In this document: positions 23,896 to 37,479 of the stretch, piece by piece | How the letters are laid out: the number at the start of each line of letters is the position of its first letter | How positions within the stretch are numbered: the stretch's first letter is position 1 | NCBI GenBank assembly: GCA_951406725.2 | Contig: OX597826.1 | Span: 66,402,001-66,466,000, forward strand | Length of the DNA stretch: 64,000 bases | Source: Octopus vulgaris | Taxonomy: Eukaryota | Direction: 5' to 3' | Notes under the pieces: model-generated | Databases searched by the model: none | What the model saw: only the letters and a program-made list of their open reading frames with translations | What the model was told of the DNA's origin: nothing | Translations under genes and position numbers: made by a program

Positions 23896-24396
23896 CCAAA
23901 TGGCGTATAAGAGCGAAGAGAGAAGATTTACGTACATATATACATATGTGCGCGTGTGTGTTTGTTTATGAGAGAGAGAGAGGATGTACGAAACTATGAA
24001 ATCAAGAATGGTAAATGGTTCCCGCAAGTCACAAGGGACCCTGAGATGTAGCTGGTTCTAAGTGCGAAACGATTGCGAGATAAGACTTGCCCACACTTCT
24101 AAGGGATTGACATATAATATGACATATTTCCCAGATAATTCATTGGGTAATTGATGTAGAATTAGATATCAAATTCATTGGAACGATTAAATGAAAATAA
24201 ATATGGTTGTTTATTTCTACCATGGGTTTCTTAATTAATTATTTCTATCCCAATAATAAATATTAGGACCTCATTATTATACAATATAAAAGACAAAAGG
24301 AATAGTAGCAAGATGCTTTCTCTGGATGAAAGCTGCAACTTTGTGACTTTCTACTGTGTATCCACATTGAGTATGATATACAGAATGAGACATATA

Positions 24397-24570
24397 TCTA
24401 TTACATAAAATCCAGTCTGTCTGTCTGTGTGTTTGTCTTCTAGGATCTGGAGCATCCTCCATCCGATTGCGCTCAAATTTGATATGTAGATATCGACGGT
24501 ATCAAGGCGTGTATAAGTCTTCAAAAAATTACAAAACTCGATTCTAGATGAGAATGCGATCGATAAAGCA
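24397..24570 (+). mobile_element. Helitron-like 5' fragment
   Basis: atctattacataaaa..gtctgtctgtctg..ccgattgcgctcaaatttg has the same layout as the 5' end of 14891-15273. Confidence 0.5.
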
Positions 24571-24764
24571 TTCTTTGGAATAAAAAAAAGTCTATCTTTA
24601 TTTCTTCTTTTGCTGGTGTCTCAAATTTAGGTTAAATCAGTGTTTCTCAAAGGGGAGGTTGGACAAGTTGTCTTGAGAAAATTTGGTTTAAATGTTTGAC
24701 AACTCAGCACCGTCCATTGGACGGGGGGGGGGGGTGTTTTGCTCATTAATATATATATATATAT

Positions 24765-24948
24765 GTCCCCCTTACATCACTTGACAACCGATGCTGGTGT
24801 GTTTACGTCCCCGTGACTTAGCGGTTCGGCAAAAGAGACCGATAGAATAAGTACTAGGCTTACAAGGAATAAGTCCTGAGGTTGATTTGCTCGACTAAAG
24901 GCGGTGCTCCAGCATTGCCACAGTCAAATGATTGAAACAAGTAAAGAG

Positions 24949-24986
<38 letters not shown>

Positions 24987-25029
24987 TATGCGTGTATATA
25001 TATATATATACCCACATATATGTGTGTGC

Positions 25030-25066
<37 letters not shown>

Positions 25067-25312
25067 AGTGTGCGTTTATGCTGTCTGTTCCCTATCACCG
25101 CTCGGCAACCGGTGTTTGTTTGTTCACCTTTCCGTAACCTTGCAGTTCCGCAAAAGCGTTAGTGGTAGATTAAGTACCAGACTTAAAGGAGAAAATAAGT
25201 ACCGGGGTCGATTTGTTCGACCAAACCCCATTGAAGGTAGTGCCCCAGCCCAGCCGCAGCCCAGCCGCAGCCCAGCCGCAACCCAGTGGCTGAAGCAAGT
25301 AAGAGATAAAAG
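24765..25312 (+). mobile_element. Two SINE A 3' halves
   Basis: Homology to the family A tail. Confidence 0.8.
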
Positions 25313-25443
25313 AGAAATGTACAGGAACTTTGTGCGCCGCCCAGGTTGAGAAGGAAGAAAGAATGGCACAGAATTGGTCTCAATGAATGCATTTTCGGGT
25401 CAGTAAAACACCACTGTTTTTCTCATTAAAGGTTATCTTTCGT

Positions 25444-25822
25444 GGAGGCGCAATGGCCCAGTGGTTAGGGCAGCGGACTCGCGGTCATAGGATCGCGGTT
25501 TCGATTCCCAGACCGGGCGTTGTGAGTGTTTATTGAGCGAAAACACCTAAAGCTCCACGAGGCTCCGGCAGGGGATGGTGGTGATCCCTGCTGTACTCTT
25601 TCACCACAACTTTCTCTCACTCTTACTTCCTGTTTCTGTTGTACCTGTATTTCAAAGGGCCGGCCTTGTCACTCTCTTTGTCACGCTGAATATCCCCGAG
25701 AACTACGTTAAGGGTACACTTGTCTGTGGAGTGCTCAGCCACTTACACGTTAATTTCACGAGCAGGCTGTTCCGTTGATTCGGATCAACCGGAACCCTCA
25801 TCGTCGTAACCGACGGAGTGCT
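25444..25822 (+). mobile_element. SINE family C, full length, tail type 3, with TSD
   Basis: tRNA head with A box TGGCCCAGTGG and B box GTTTCGATTCC; 14-bp TSD aaaggttatctttc at 25428-25441 and 25826-25839. Confidence 0.95.
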
Positions 25823-26360
25823 TCCAAAGGTTATCTTTCACAGAAAAAATTTTAATGACTTTCTATCGCTTTTGATGCAGTCTGCTGCCTATAGTGCAGT
25901 GTTACAGTTAAGCGCTCAATATTAATAGTAATTTGATCGTAATTTAATTGTATAAAAAAACATATCGCTAATTAATGCATATTAAGTTAGGACAAGATTA
26001 ATTCAAAGTGTAAACAGTTTTACTTCATTTGAAACTATTAAGATCATATCACCTCTATTATTCTAAAAATATTTTCGTTAATTTATGAAATAATTTTAGA
26101 ATTGAGCGGAAATCGGCGAGTCGGAAGACAAACAACCCATACTAAAATAAAAAGAAAAACCGACCGTTATTAAAACGTCTGGAAACCAGAGGTGTCAGGA
26201 AAAAAAAAAACGCAAACATCCAAATATTAAAAGTGGCCAAGAATAACATAGGCAGCGGTAAAAAAAAAAATCACGAATCACAATTGCTGTCTTCGTCGAT
26301 TGTTTATTCTATATGTCAACTCTGTTGCTGTTTGTTCGTTCGAAAGTCTAACTCTCCTCA

Positions 26361-26988
26361 TCTATATATATCGGGGGGGGGGGAACCCCGTCGGTCACGA
26401 CACTGACCATGGGATTGCACCTAGAAAGTTACCCTCCTAGTCACAAGTCTGGGCAAGGTGGTTTATGGAAGACCAGGAGTCGCCCATGCATACCGGCCTC
26501 CCCTCTCCATGCCACCAGTGTTATCCAAGGGAAAGGCAAAGGGGCCGATACAGCTTGGCACCCGTGACGTCGTAACTCATTTCTACAGCTGAGTTAACTG
26601 GAGCAACGTGAAATAAAGTGTCTTAAAGCTGAAGTTGTCTGTGTATGGCAGGTTTGGTAGTCTTCAACTAATACTATCTCCTCGAAGTTGACCAAAATTG
26701 AGAGTATGATAGAAGAAGGCTTACTCTTCCTTCCGTAGAAGAAAAAATTCAAATCGGACCATGTTAATACCAAAAATTATTTACATCAAAAAGGTGCTTT
26801 TTTTCTATGAAGATCCCTATTTTTTACGATTTTTTGACTGCTGTGTCGCCAGTTTTCGGTGTATTTCAACCAGAAAAATGTTCACTTAAAGAGAATAACA
26901 AGCTACCTAATGCAAAAGTTTTACTTTTCAAAAATTCCGATTCTGAAGAGTCGAAACAAACCCGAGCAACGCCGGGCGATTCTGCTAG
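26361..26988 (+). mobile_element. Non-autonomous Helitron with a nested SINE E fragment (26385-26624, -)
   Basis: A|TCTATATATAT start and CCCGAGCAACGCCGGG hairpin plus CTAG|T end shared with 14891-15273. Confidence 0.8.
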
Positions 26989-27363
26989 TATTTTATATTT
27001 AAAAAATTTCTGGATGCTGCTCTCTTATGAAGTTTTCCTATCTTATCGTTGCAAGCACGAAACAGGGAGTAATAAACAGTCGACAACTGAGGAGGGGGTT
27101 AGACTTCTTTTGGTATTTTGTCCCGTACTTGTCTTTCGATATGTGTTTACGTATTTTTCTCTCGTTGGTGATATCCTGTTCTCATTGTGTATTTTTGGCA
27201 TTTTGTTATGTACTTAATGTGTATTTTTGGCATTTTGTCCTGTACTTAATGTGTATTATATATATATATATATATACATACACACATATATACACACACA
27301 CACCACACATACATATGCATACACACATACACTTATATGTATATATATATGTTCATATATATA

Positions 27364-27430
<67 letters not shown>

Positions 27431-27574
27431 AGCAATTTGTTACCGAAATACATTGTAAATAAGCCCGCCATTTACATAGATATGTAAAGATAAACATTCG
27501 TACATGCTACGACGAATTCTACGGTTGGCTGTCGGGTTTGTAATGTTATGTTTTTTCTTATATGTCTTGAGTTT

Positions 27575-27638
27575 GTTGCACTGATGAGCATAGAATTCAT
27601 ATTCTGCATTAATTGCAAAATCACAGGTGATATGTAAC
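27575..27638 (+). ncRNA. Type I hammerhead motif with G12A lesion
   Basis: GTTGCA-CTGATGA-GCA..TGC-AAAA-TCACAGGTGA-TA-TGTAAC. Stems I and III form, but GAAA reads AAAA. It lies in a ~340-bp island between (TA)n tracts. Confidence 0.7.
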
Positions 27639-27764
27639 TAAATTCTTTTTTTGAATGACTTGCTTTGAAGTTTTGCATTCGGTACAATTTGTTTATTTTA
27701 GTAGTTTTGACCGCAAGGGTCCCTCCTAGCGTGCGGTATCTATGAATAGTAGTACCCTCTATAT

Positions 27765-27848
<84 letters not shown>

Positions 27849-28018
27849 TGTATGTATGTATGTATGTATTTATGTATGTATATTGTATTTAAAGCACGAA
27901 GTATAAAGCACAATCAAAACAACGTCACTAGCTTATAGATGAGAAGTACATATTTCAGAAGTGTACTCACTGAATTATTTATATTCTAAGAGTAACGACA
28001 TAAATCTACATGAATGTG

Positions 28019-28092
<74 letters not shown>

Positions 28093-28114
28093 ATATACAT
28101 AATGTCTATATGTA

Positions 28115-28180
<66 letters not shown>

Positions 28181-29349
28181 TGTCTATTTAATGGCCGTGT
28201 AGGGAGCTTTTTCAGCACTACATCCAAACTTCTGCAAACCATTTGAACGTCTTCAATAGTTAAGCGACTATAAAAAAATGTGTAGAAATTTTTCAGCAAA
28301 CGAGAGCAAGCAGAAAGACTTGGATATAACTTGAAAGACAATTTAAGCACAGGATATAAGAGAGTGATCAAGCAACGCCGGTTCGAATTTTCGATTGAAT
28401 CAATGAAGGAAGTTAACCAAAAAATTGATAATAAAGGTGGAACTCTAAAAATATTTCAAATAATTTGATCCAAATATTTTAAATCGTTTGCTGGAAGTGA
28501 AGCCTAAGACGTGATATCAAATCTTGAGAAGGAAATCAAACTCTTTTTGTGTATAGAAGTGAGACGAAATAGGAGAAGGATGTATGACAAAGCAACACCC
28601 CATATCCACCTGGCAGAAAATGATTGACACAGCTGATTTGCCGGTAGGAACCTACTTCAGAAAATTTGTTTTATGTTCTGATCGGTAAAATTACTGCAGG
28701 GTTAGCTGTGTGTTTTGATGTCAAAAAATGGTTGATCTTTTCTATGAAAATATCTCACAAAGTCTGAAAGTAAGCTACAAAATAAATAAATAAATAGATA
28801 AATAAATCAATAAATGAATAAGAATTGCAAGATTTAGGACACCAATAAGCAATAGATTTTAATAATGAAACGCAAAGTTTAGCGCCAGTACATGAGACAA
28901 ATTTCGGCAAACCAGAACTGACAACTTTAGAATTATTTAATTTTTTTTTAACTGATTACAAACTTTGTGAGATATTTCCAGATATTTGAGACTGTTTGAG
29001 AATATTGTTGACAATTTCTGTTACAGTCGCATTAGCATAAAAACTTTTTGCAAACTTAAACCTTTTAAATTAATACTTTTTAAAAGTTATCCTGTTTCAA
29101 ACTCAACTTGCTAACTTCAAAACACTGAGTATTAAATTAAGCATTAACAAAGAAATGGATTGTGATTGTGCAATTTGAAATTCTGCAGATGCAAATGTCA
29201 GAAAAGCTAATTTCATTTTGTTATTACACTTATCGTCGGTTTGTATAATCTATATTGTAATCCTCTTATATTAGCTGGTCCGACGCTGACGACAAAAACC
29301 AAGGACATCACACAGGAGAAGAAGACGGAGCATGGTGTGTCCGGCTATG

Positions 29350-29910
29350 GTCGTTTTTCCTCTAGCGCTGACTTAAGCCGCTCGAACTGCTCTCAGTAGA
29401 TCTCCTTTGCTATTGTTTGGTTTGGGTTTAAGAATTCAAAGTGGACTAAACCTTTCATATCCCACCAAACAGATAACAACACCTTACATGGGTGAAGACC
29501 TTTAGCCTAGGGTGCTGGTATTTCTCCCTTCCCTACCCACTGTCTTCGGCGTTTGACATTTTTATAGGGAACCCATTTCTCGTCACCTGTCACTATCCGG
29601 TCCCAAAACGGTTCATTCGTGAGACGTGATAGCAAAGAAGAGCATATATACACACTGCACGCGATCAGACTCAGGAACTTTGTGAGGAACCTATTGATCC
29701 AATTTGCTGACTTTTCCGATGGCACGCAGATGTCGATGAATGGTTGAATGACCAAATCCAAGCTTCTCTGCTAGTTCCTCAACAGTTACGATGAGATTCC
29801 TTTTGCTCCACCAGGGTTTGCAGAATGTCCTCGTCGAGCTTTACAGGTCTTCCAAGACGAGGCCCGTCTTCTAGGTTGTAGTTTCCGACTCTAGGTTTCT
29901 GGAACCAAGG
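29350..29910 (-). pseudogene. Mariner transposase remnant
   Basis: EPFWDRIVTGDEKWVPYKNVKRRRQW, LHPCKVLLSVWWDMKGLVHFE, EQFERLKSALEEKRP. Confidence 0.9.
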
Positions 29911-30566
29911 ATGAGATATGTTAATGCCCTAATGACAGACACTGGTCTCTGGGAGAAACAGGACATGGCAGCGATGATAAGGGATGACCGCTGGAGAGAA
30001 CTTGTCTACGGATCTCGGGAATTTTACCCACCCTACCAGTTTTATTGTGTTCAATACAATTACTACTATGGGTATAATTTAGTATGTTAATTATGTTATC
30101 TCGCCGTCCCTCTCAACTAGCAACCCCTTTTACATGCCTAGCGCCCACATTGTGGTAGTGCTGCTCCCGTTGAGGACCTCTGGAGTAGATTAAGATTAAA
30201 GGCTCTCCACCCTGTTTTCTCTTTTTTTTCTCAGATACTGTATAGCTAAGACGGCGTTAACTAATGAATCCTTAACATTTTTACGATATTGTGAGGAGAA
30301 TTTGGTTGCTATTTTTAAAAAATGAAACGAGTATTTCGCGGTTACCTTATCGGATCAGGGCTCCTTATTTCTAGTCTATGTTTTTGCAGGATGATAACCT
30401 TGGTTAACATAATACAAAATACAGAATAAACAGCTCGTTTAGAATTTCGTATTTTCGTGGAATTATATAACAAACTGATGCAAGAAAAATAATTGTGCCA
30501 ACAAAAACACATCAACGAAATAAAACAATAAGAAAAGTCATTATTAATTTTATGTTGTTATTTTAA

Positions 30567-31370
30567 AGTGAGGTGGCTGAATCGTTAGCACGCCGGGCGA
30601 GATGCTTAGCCGTATTTCGTCTGTCGTTACGCTGTGAGTTCAAATTCCGCCGAGGCCGAATTTGCCTTTCATTCTTTCGGGGTCGATAAATAAAGTACCA
30701 GTTACGCACTGGGGTCGATGTAACCGACTTAATCAGTTTGTCTGTCCTTGTTTGTCCCCTCTATGTTTAGCCCCTTGTGGGCAATAAAGAAATAAATATT
30801 TCGTCTGCCGCTACGTTCTAAGTTCAAATTCCGCTGAGGTCGACTTTGCCTTTCCTCCTTCCGGAATCGATAAATTAAGTACCAGTTGCGTACTAGGGTC
30901 GATCTAATCGACTGGCTCCCTCCTCCAAAATTTCGAGCCTTGTGCCTAGAGTAGAAAAGAATCTTTAGGACGCCGGACAAAACGCTTAGTGGCATTTCGT
31001 CTGTCTTTACGCTCTGAGTTCAAATTCCGCCGATGTCGACTTCGCCGTTCATCCTTTCGGGGTCGATTAAATAAATACCAGTTGCGTACTGGGGTCGATA
31101 TAATCGACTGGCCCCCACCCCAAAGATTTCGGGCCTTGTGCCTAAAGTAGAAAAGATTATTAATCTTATGTTGTTATTTTAAGGTGATGAGCTGAATCTT
31201 TAGCACGCCGGGCAAAACGCTAAGCGACACTTCGTTCACGTTCTGAGTTCAAATTTCGCCGCGGTCGACTTTGCTTTTTGGGATCCATAATATAAGTTCC
31301 AGTAAAGTAGACTGAATGTAATCGTGTTGCCTCTCTCATCAAAATTGTTGACCTTGCTCCAAAATTAGAA
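30567..31370 (+). mobile_element. SINE B multimer (three units) plus an older adjacent copy
   Basis: Units 30567-31156 are flanked by a 26-bp direct repeat ttattaat.ttatgttgttattttaa (30541-30566, 31157-31182). Confidence 0.9.
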
Positions 31371-31599
31371 AGAAATATTCTGTTATTGAAAGAAATGAAT
31401 CATCATGAAAGAAAATTGAATTATAATTTTCATTCTCTTCATTCGTCGCCCTTGCGGTAGCAACACCAATAACTGTTTCTAATTTTGACACGATAACGAT
31501 TTTGCCAGATCGTCTCTTAAAATAATGCTGCGTTGAGTCAAGAGTTTTACTATGTTTTTGGTAACTTATTTGATTTATTCGTCAAGTTGCAACCAAAAC

Positions 31600-32140
31600 A
31601 GCTTAGCGTTCGAAGTAGAAGCTATCGTGTTACACGGTCTGGGGCCACCTTCCTGACGGTTCTTTCCTTCTACACTGTAGCCAGTCCTTGTCCTTCGAGG
31701 CGAAGATCTTCTTCACTGAAGCTTCCACTTTCTCGTCTTGGCTGATGAAGCGTAGCGAGTGCAGGAAGTGAGTCATGGATCAATTGAATCGTGGATCAAA
31801 TGAGTCATGGATCAAATGAGTCATGGATCAAGTGAATCGTGGATCAAGTGAGTCATGGATCAAGTGAATAGTGGATCAAGTGAGTCATGGATCAAAGTGA
31901 GTCATGGATCAAGTGAATCGTGGATCAACTGAGTCATTGATCGGAACAAGCAATAATCCAATGGAGATATTTTTCTGTAATCCTAACATCCATAAGCAGT
32001 GGTTAAACAACGGCCAGCTTCAGGAACCTGTCCCCAAACATGGGCGTTTCGAACTCAAGGTGATGTTCCTCGTTTGGTAGAATTAGGAGGGGATAATTCG
32101 CTGCGAGTTCGTTCCGGATGATTGAACCATTGGTCGGAAA
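31600..32140. pseudogene. Rearranged mariner transposase remnant
   Basis: Minus strand 31960-31600: ISPLDYCLFRSMT..HFLHSLRF..IFASKDKDW..GRWPQTV*HDSFYFE. Plus strand 31965-32130: NPNIHKQWL..PKHGRFELKVMFLVW..EGII..EFVP. Confidence 0.85.
31768..31942. repeat. 16-bp minisatellite, 11 units (gtgagtcatggatcaa / gtgaatcgtggatcaa)
   Basis: Counted directly. Confidence 0.95.
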
Positions 32141-32159
32141 AAGTACCCAGCATGTAGTG

Positions 32160-32645
32160 TACATGTTGTGGGGATTGTTTATTGGACATTTCCTGTATAG
32201 AGTGGGACTTGTGCTTTTGGATTATTTTATTTAGGTTGTGCTATTGAATTGACAGTGTCTTGCATAGACTGTGGGCTGTTCCTAGCAGGGCTATTTTTTG
32301 GATAGTGTGTAGAGTTGGGGGTCTAGGTATAGCTTCCAAGCTTTTGTTCATTGTTTTTTCTTTATCATACCCACTGCTCCAATTGTTATTGGTACCGTTT
32401 TCACCTTCATATTCCACATCGTAAATACTTCAATTTCGAGATTTTCGCACATTGACAATTTCTCTACTTCTTTTCGGTCCTGTTAGTTTTCATGTTGTAG
32501 TGTTGGCGCATTGTCCAGTGGATATAAATACTTACTTGATTATATCTTATATATATTCAGATTTGGCCAGAACTATTCAGCCAGAGATGATGTGGTTAGC
32601 TGTCTCATTGTGCTGTTTGCACATTCTGTATTTGGTGTCAGGACC
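32160..32645 (-). pseudogene. Dong/R4-type non-LTR retrotransposon 3' remnant (CCHC + restriction-like endonuclease region)
   Basis: RMCKQHNETANHIISG, LAKSEY, YIHW, KEVEKLS..LEIEV..MW..KTVPITIGAVG, IQKIALLGTAHSL; internally deleted. Confidence 0.8.
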
Positions 32646-32680
32646 TGCTTTCATTTATTATTATTTATCATTTTGCGAAA

Positions 32681-33480
32681 GGCGGCGAGCTGGCAGAAAC
32701 GTTAGCACGCCGGGCGAAATGCGTAACCGTATTTGGTCTGCCGCTACGTTCTGAGTTCAAATTTCACCGAGGTCGACTTTGCCTTTCATGCTTTCGGGGT
32801 CGATAAATTAAGTACCAGTAACTCACTGGGGTCGATATAATCTACTTAATCCGTTTGTCTGTCCTTGTTTGTTCCCTCTGTGTGTAGCCCTTGTGGGTAG
32901 TAAAGAAATAGGTGTTTCGTCTGCCGCTACGTTCTGAGTTCAAATTCCGACGAGGTCGACTTTGCCTTTCATCCTTTCGGGCTCGATTAAATAAGTACCA
33001 GTTACACACTGGGGTCGATATAATCGACTTAATCCGTTTGTCTGTCCTTGTTTGTCCCCTGTGTGTGTAGCCCCTTGTGGGTAGTAAAGAAATAGGTATT
33101 TCATCCGTCCTTACGTTCATAGTTCAAATTCCGCTGAGGTCGACTTTGCCTTTTATCCCTTCGGGGTCGATTAATTAAGTACCAGTAAAACACAGGGGTC
33201 GATGTTATCGACTAGACCCCTCCCCGCAAAATTTCACGCCTTGTGTTTTTAGTAGAAAGGACTATTTATTATTCTGGGAGCTGGTAGAATCGTGAGCACG
33301 CCAGGAAAAATACGATGGGTAGTTTGTTCTGAGTTCAAATTCTGCCGAGGTCGACTTTGCCTTTCATCCTTTCGTGGTCGATAAAATAAGTACCAGTTGA
33401 GTACGGGGATCGATTTAATCGACTTATCCCACCCACCTCCCCGCAAAATTGCTGGTCGAGTGCTGAAATTTGAAGCCAAT
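32681..33480 (+). mobile_element. SINE B trimer plus an adjacent monomer
   Basis: One head at 32681; further units of about 185 bp start at gg(t)attt/ggtgttt after aaagaaata. Confidence 0.92.
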
Positions 33481-33564
33481 AATTATTTAAGATTCATTTA
33501 GATGTTAAAAATCGTTATGGTTACTTTTCGTTCAAAAGAAGTTTCGTCTTCCTCATTATCTCCT

Positions 33565-34283
33565 TTACCACCCTACCATCACCATCGCCATCACCAAAAC
33601 TACCACCAGCACCACCACCGCTACCACCGCCACCACCACCACCATAGATAGTTCCCAATGTCCTGACTACAGCTACCATCACAACTATCAGTTCATTCAC
33701 CATCTCTACTATCACCACTACTACCGCAATCATCATCGTCATCATCATCATCATCATCATCATCGTCATCATTGTCACCACCGTCACCACCACCGCCACC
33801 ATCACCACCACCACCACCACCGCCACCACCACCGCCACCGCCGCAATTACTGTCATCAAAATTCCCAGCGTAACCATCAATATCATCATCCCGCTGCCAT
33901 TGCTATCATCATTATCATTCCTCACCACCGCCACCACCACCACCACCACCACCACCACCACCACCACCACCACCACCACCACCACCACCACCACCACCAC
34001 TACCACCACCACCACTACCACCACCACTACCACCACCACCACCACCACCACCACCACCACCACCACCACCACCACCACCACCACCACCACCACATGCACC
34101 ACCACCACCACATGCACCACCACCACCACCACCACCACCACCACCACCACCACCATCGCCGCCGACACCACCACCACCGCCACCAGCGCTATCATCACGA
34201 TCATCACTGCATTCATCATCCCCGTCATCACCATCATTGTTAAGCGTTACCATTATCATCGTCAACAGCAAACAGCATGCCGA

Positions 34284-34320
<37 letters not shown>

Positions 34321-34405
34321 GTCACCATCACACCACAATCAACACCACGAGCATCATCATGATCATCATCATCGCCATCATCATCGTCATCATCGCAATC
34401 ATCAA
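33565..34405. repeat. (ACC)n/(ATC)n trinucleotide array
   Basis: Visible directly. Confidence 0.95.
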
Positions 34406-34687
34406 TGTACTTGTTTTAAGATAGATGTCCTTGTCAACGTGTCTGGGTCATTTTGTCCTGCCAGTGTTCGTTGACTAAATCTTGCAAGAATGTCGCCGAT
34501 ATATGAATAAACCAATCACCGCACGAGGACTGGTTCTCCTGGAGAAAAAATAATAAAAAAAGGAAAAAGGAAAAAGAAAAAGAAACAAGAAAAATACCTA
34601 ATAACAAAAAAGGAAAAACAAAAACATCAAACAATGTCTGATTGAGTAGGAGATGGGATTGTGGGATGTTGGTTGTTGCTTTTAAGG

Positions 34688-36803
<2,116 letters not shown>

Positions 36804-37235
36804 TTCTAGCATTCGGTCGTGAGGCCTCGGATCGATACTTCAAGAGTTTGGGGTGAATGGGGTTACTTCTTAGTCAGCACTACTCGAAAGACTATTCTGG
36901 TGCAGGTTGGCAGTACTTGTCAAAATGCCCCAGATACAGGTCCCATAATAGAAGATTGTCATACAGGACGCAGAAGAAGATTGGTCCTCTCGACACGTAT
37001 CACACAGTATCACTGGTGTGTGTGAGTGTGTGTGTGTGTGTGTGTGCATATGCCATGACGCCTGAACCAGTCCCCATGCTCAAGGATTAAATAAGCACCA
37101 TATATAAATGATTACTTCAGGAGAGCAGGAGACTAGCAGAGTATATTGTAAATAAAGGGTCAGAAAAACCAATGGGAAACCACTGAGGTATATTCAGCTA
37201 ACCGACCAAAATAAATCTTCAGGCTTTTGTTCGAA

Positions 37236-37460
37236 GGCGGTGAGCTGGCAGAAACGTTAGCACGCCGGGTGAAATGCTTAGCGGTATTTCGTCTGCCGTT
37301 ACGTTCTGAGTTCAAATTCCGCCGGGGTCGACTTTGCCTTTCATCCTTTCGGGGTCGATAAATTAAGCACCAGTTACACACTGGGGTCGATGTAATCGAC
37401 TTAATCCGTTTGTCTGTCCTTGTTTGTCCCCTCTGTGTTTAGCCCCTTGTGGGTAGTATA
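37236..37460 (+). mobile_element. SINE family B
   Basis: Full head ggcggtgagctggcagaaacgttagcacgccggg and core. Confidence 0.92.
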
Positions 37461-37479
37461 GCCCCACCCACATACATAT

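Noticed and set aside
26943-26957. CTGAAGA-GTC-GAAAC
   Set aside because: No room for stem II and no stem I; it lies in a Helitron end.
31768-31942. Short regular repeat array as a CRISPR candidate
   Set aside because: No unique spacers, no cas genes, eukaryotic context; it is a tandem minisatellite.
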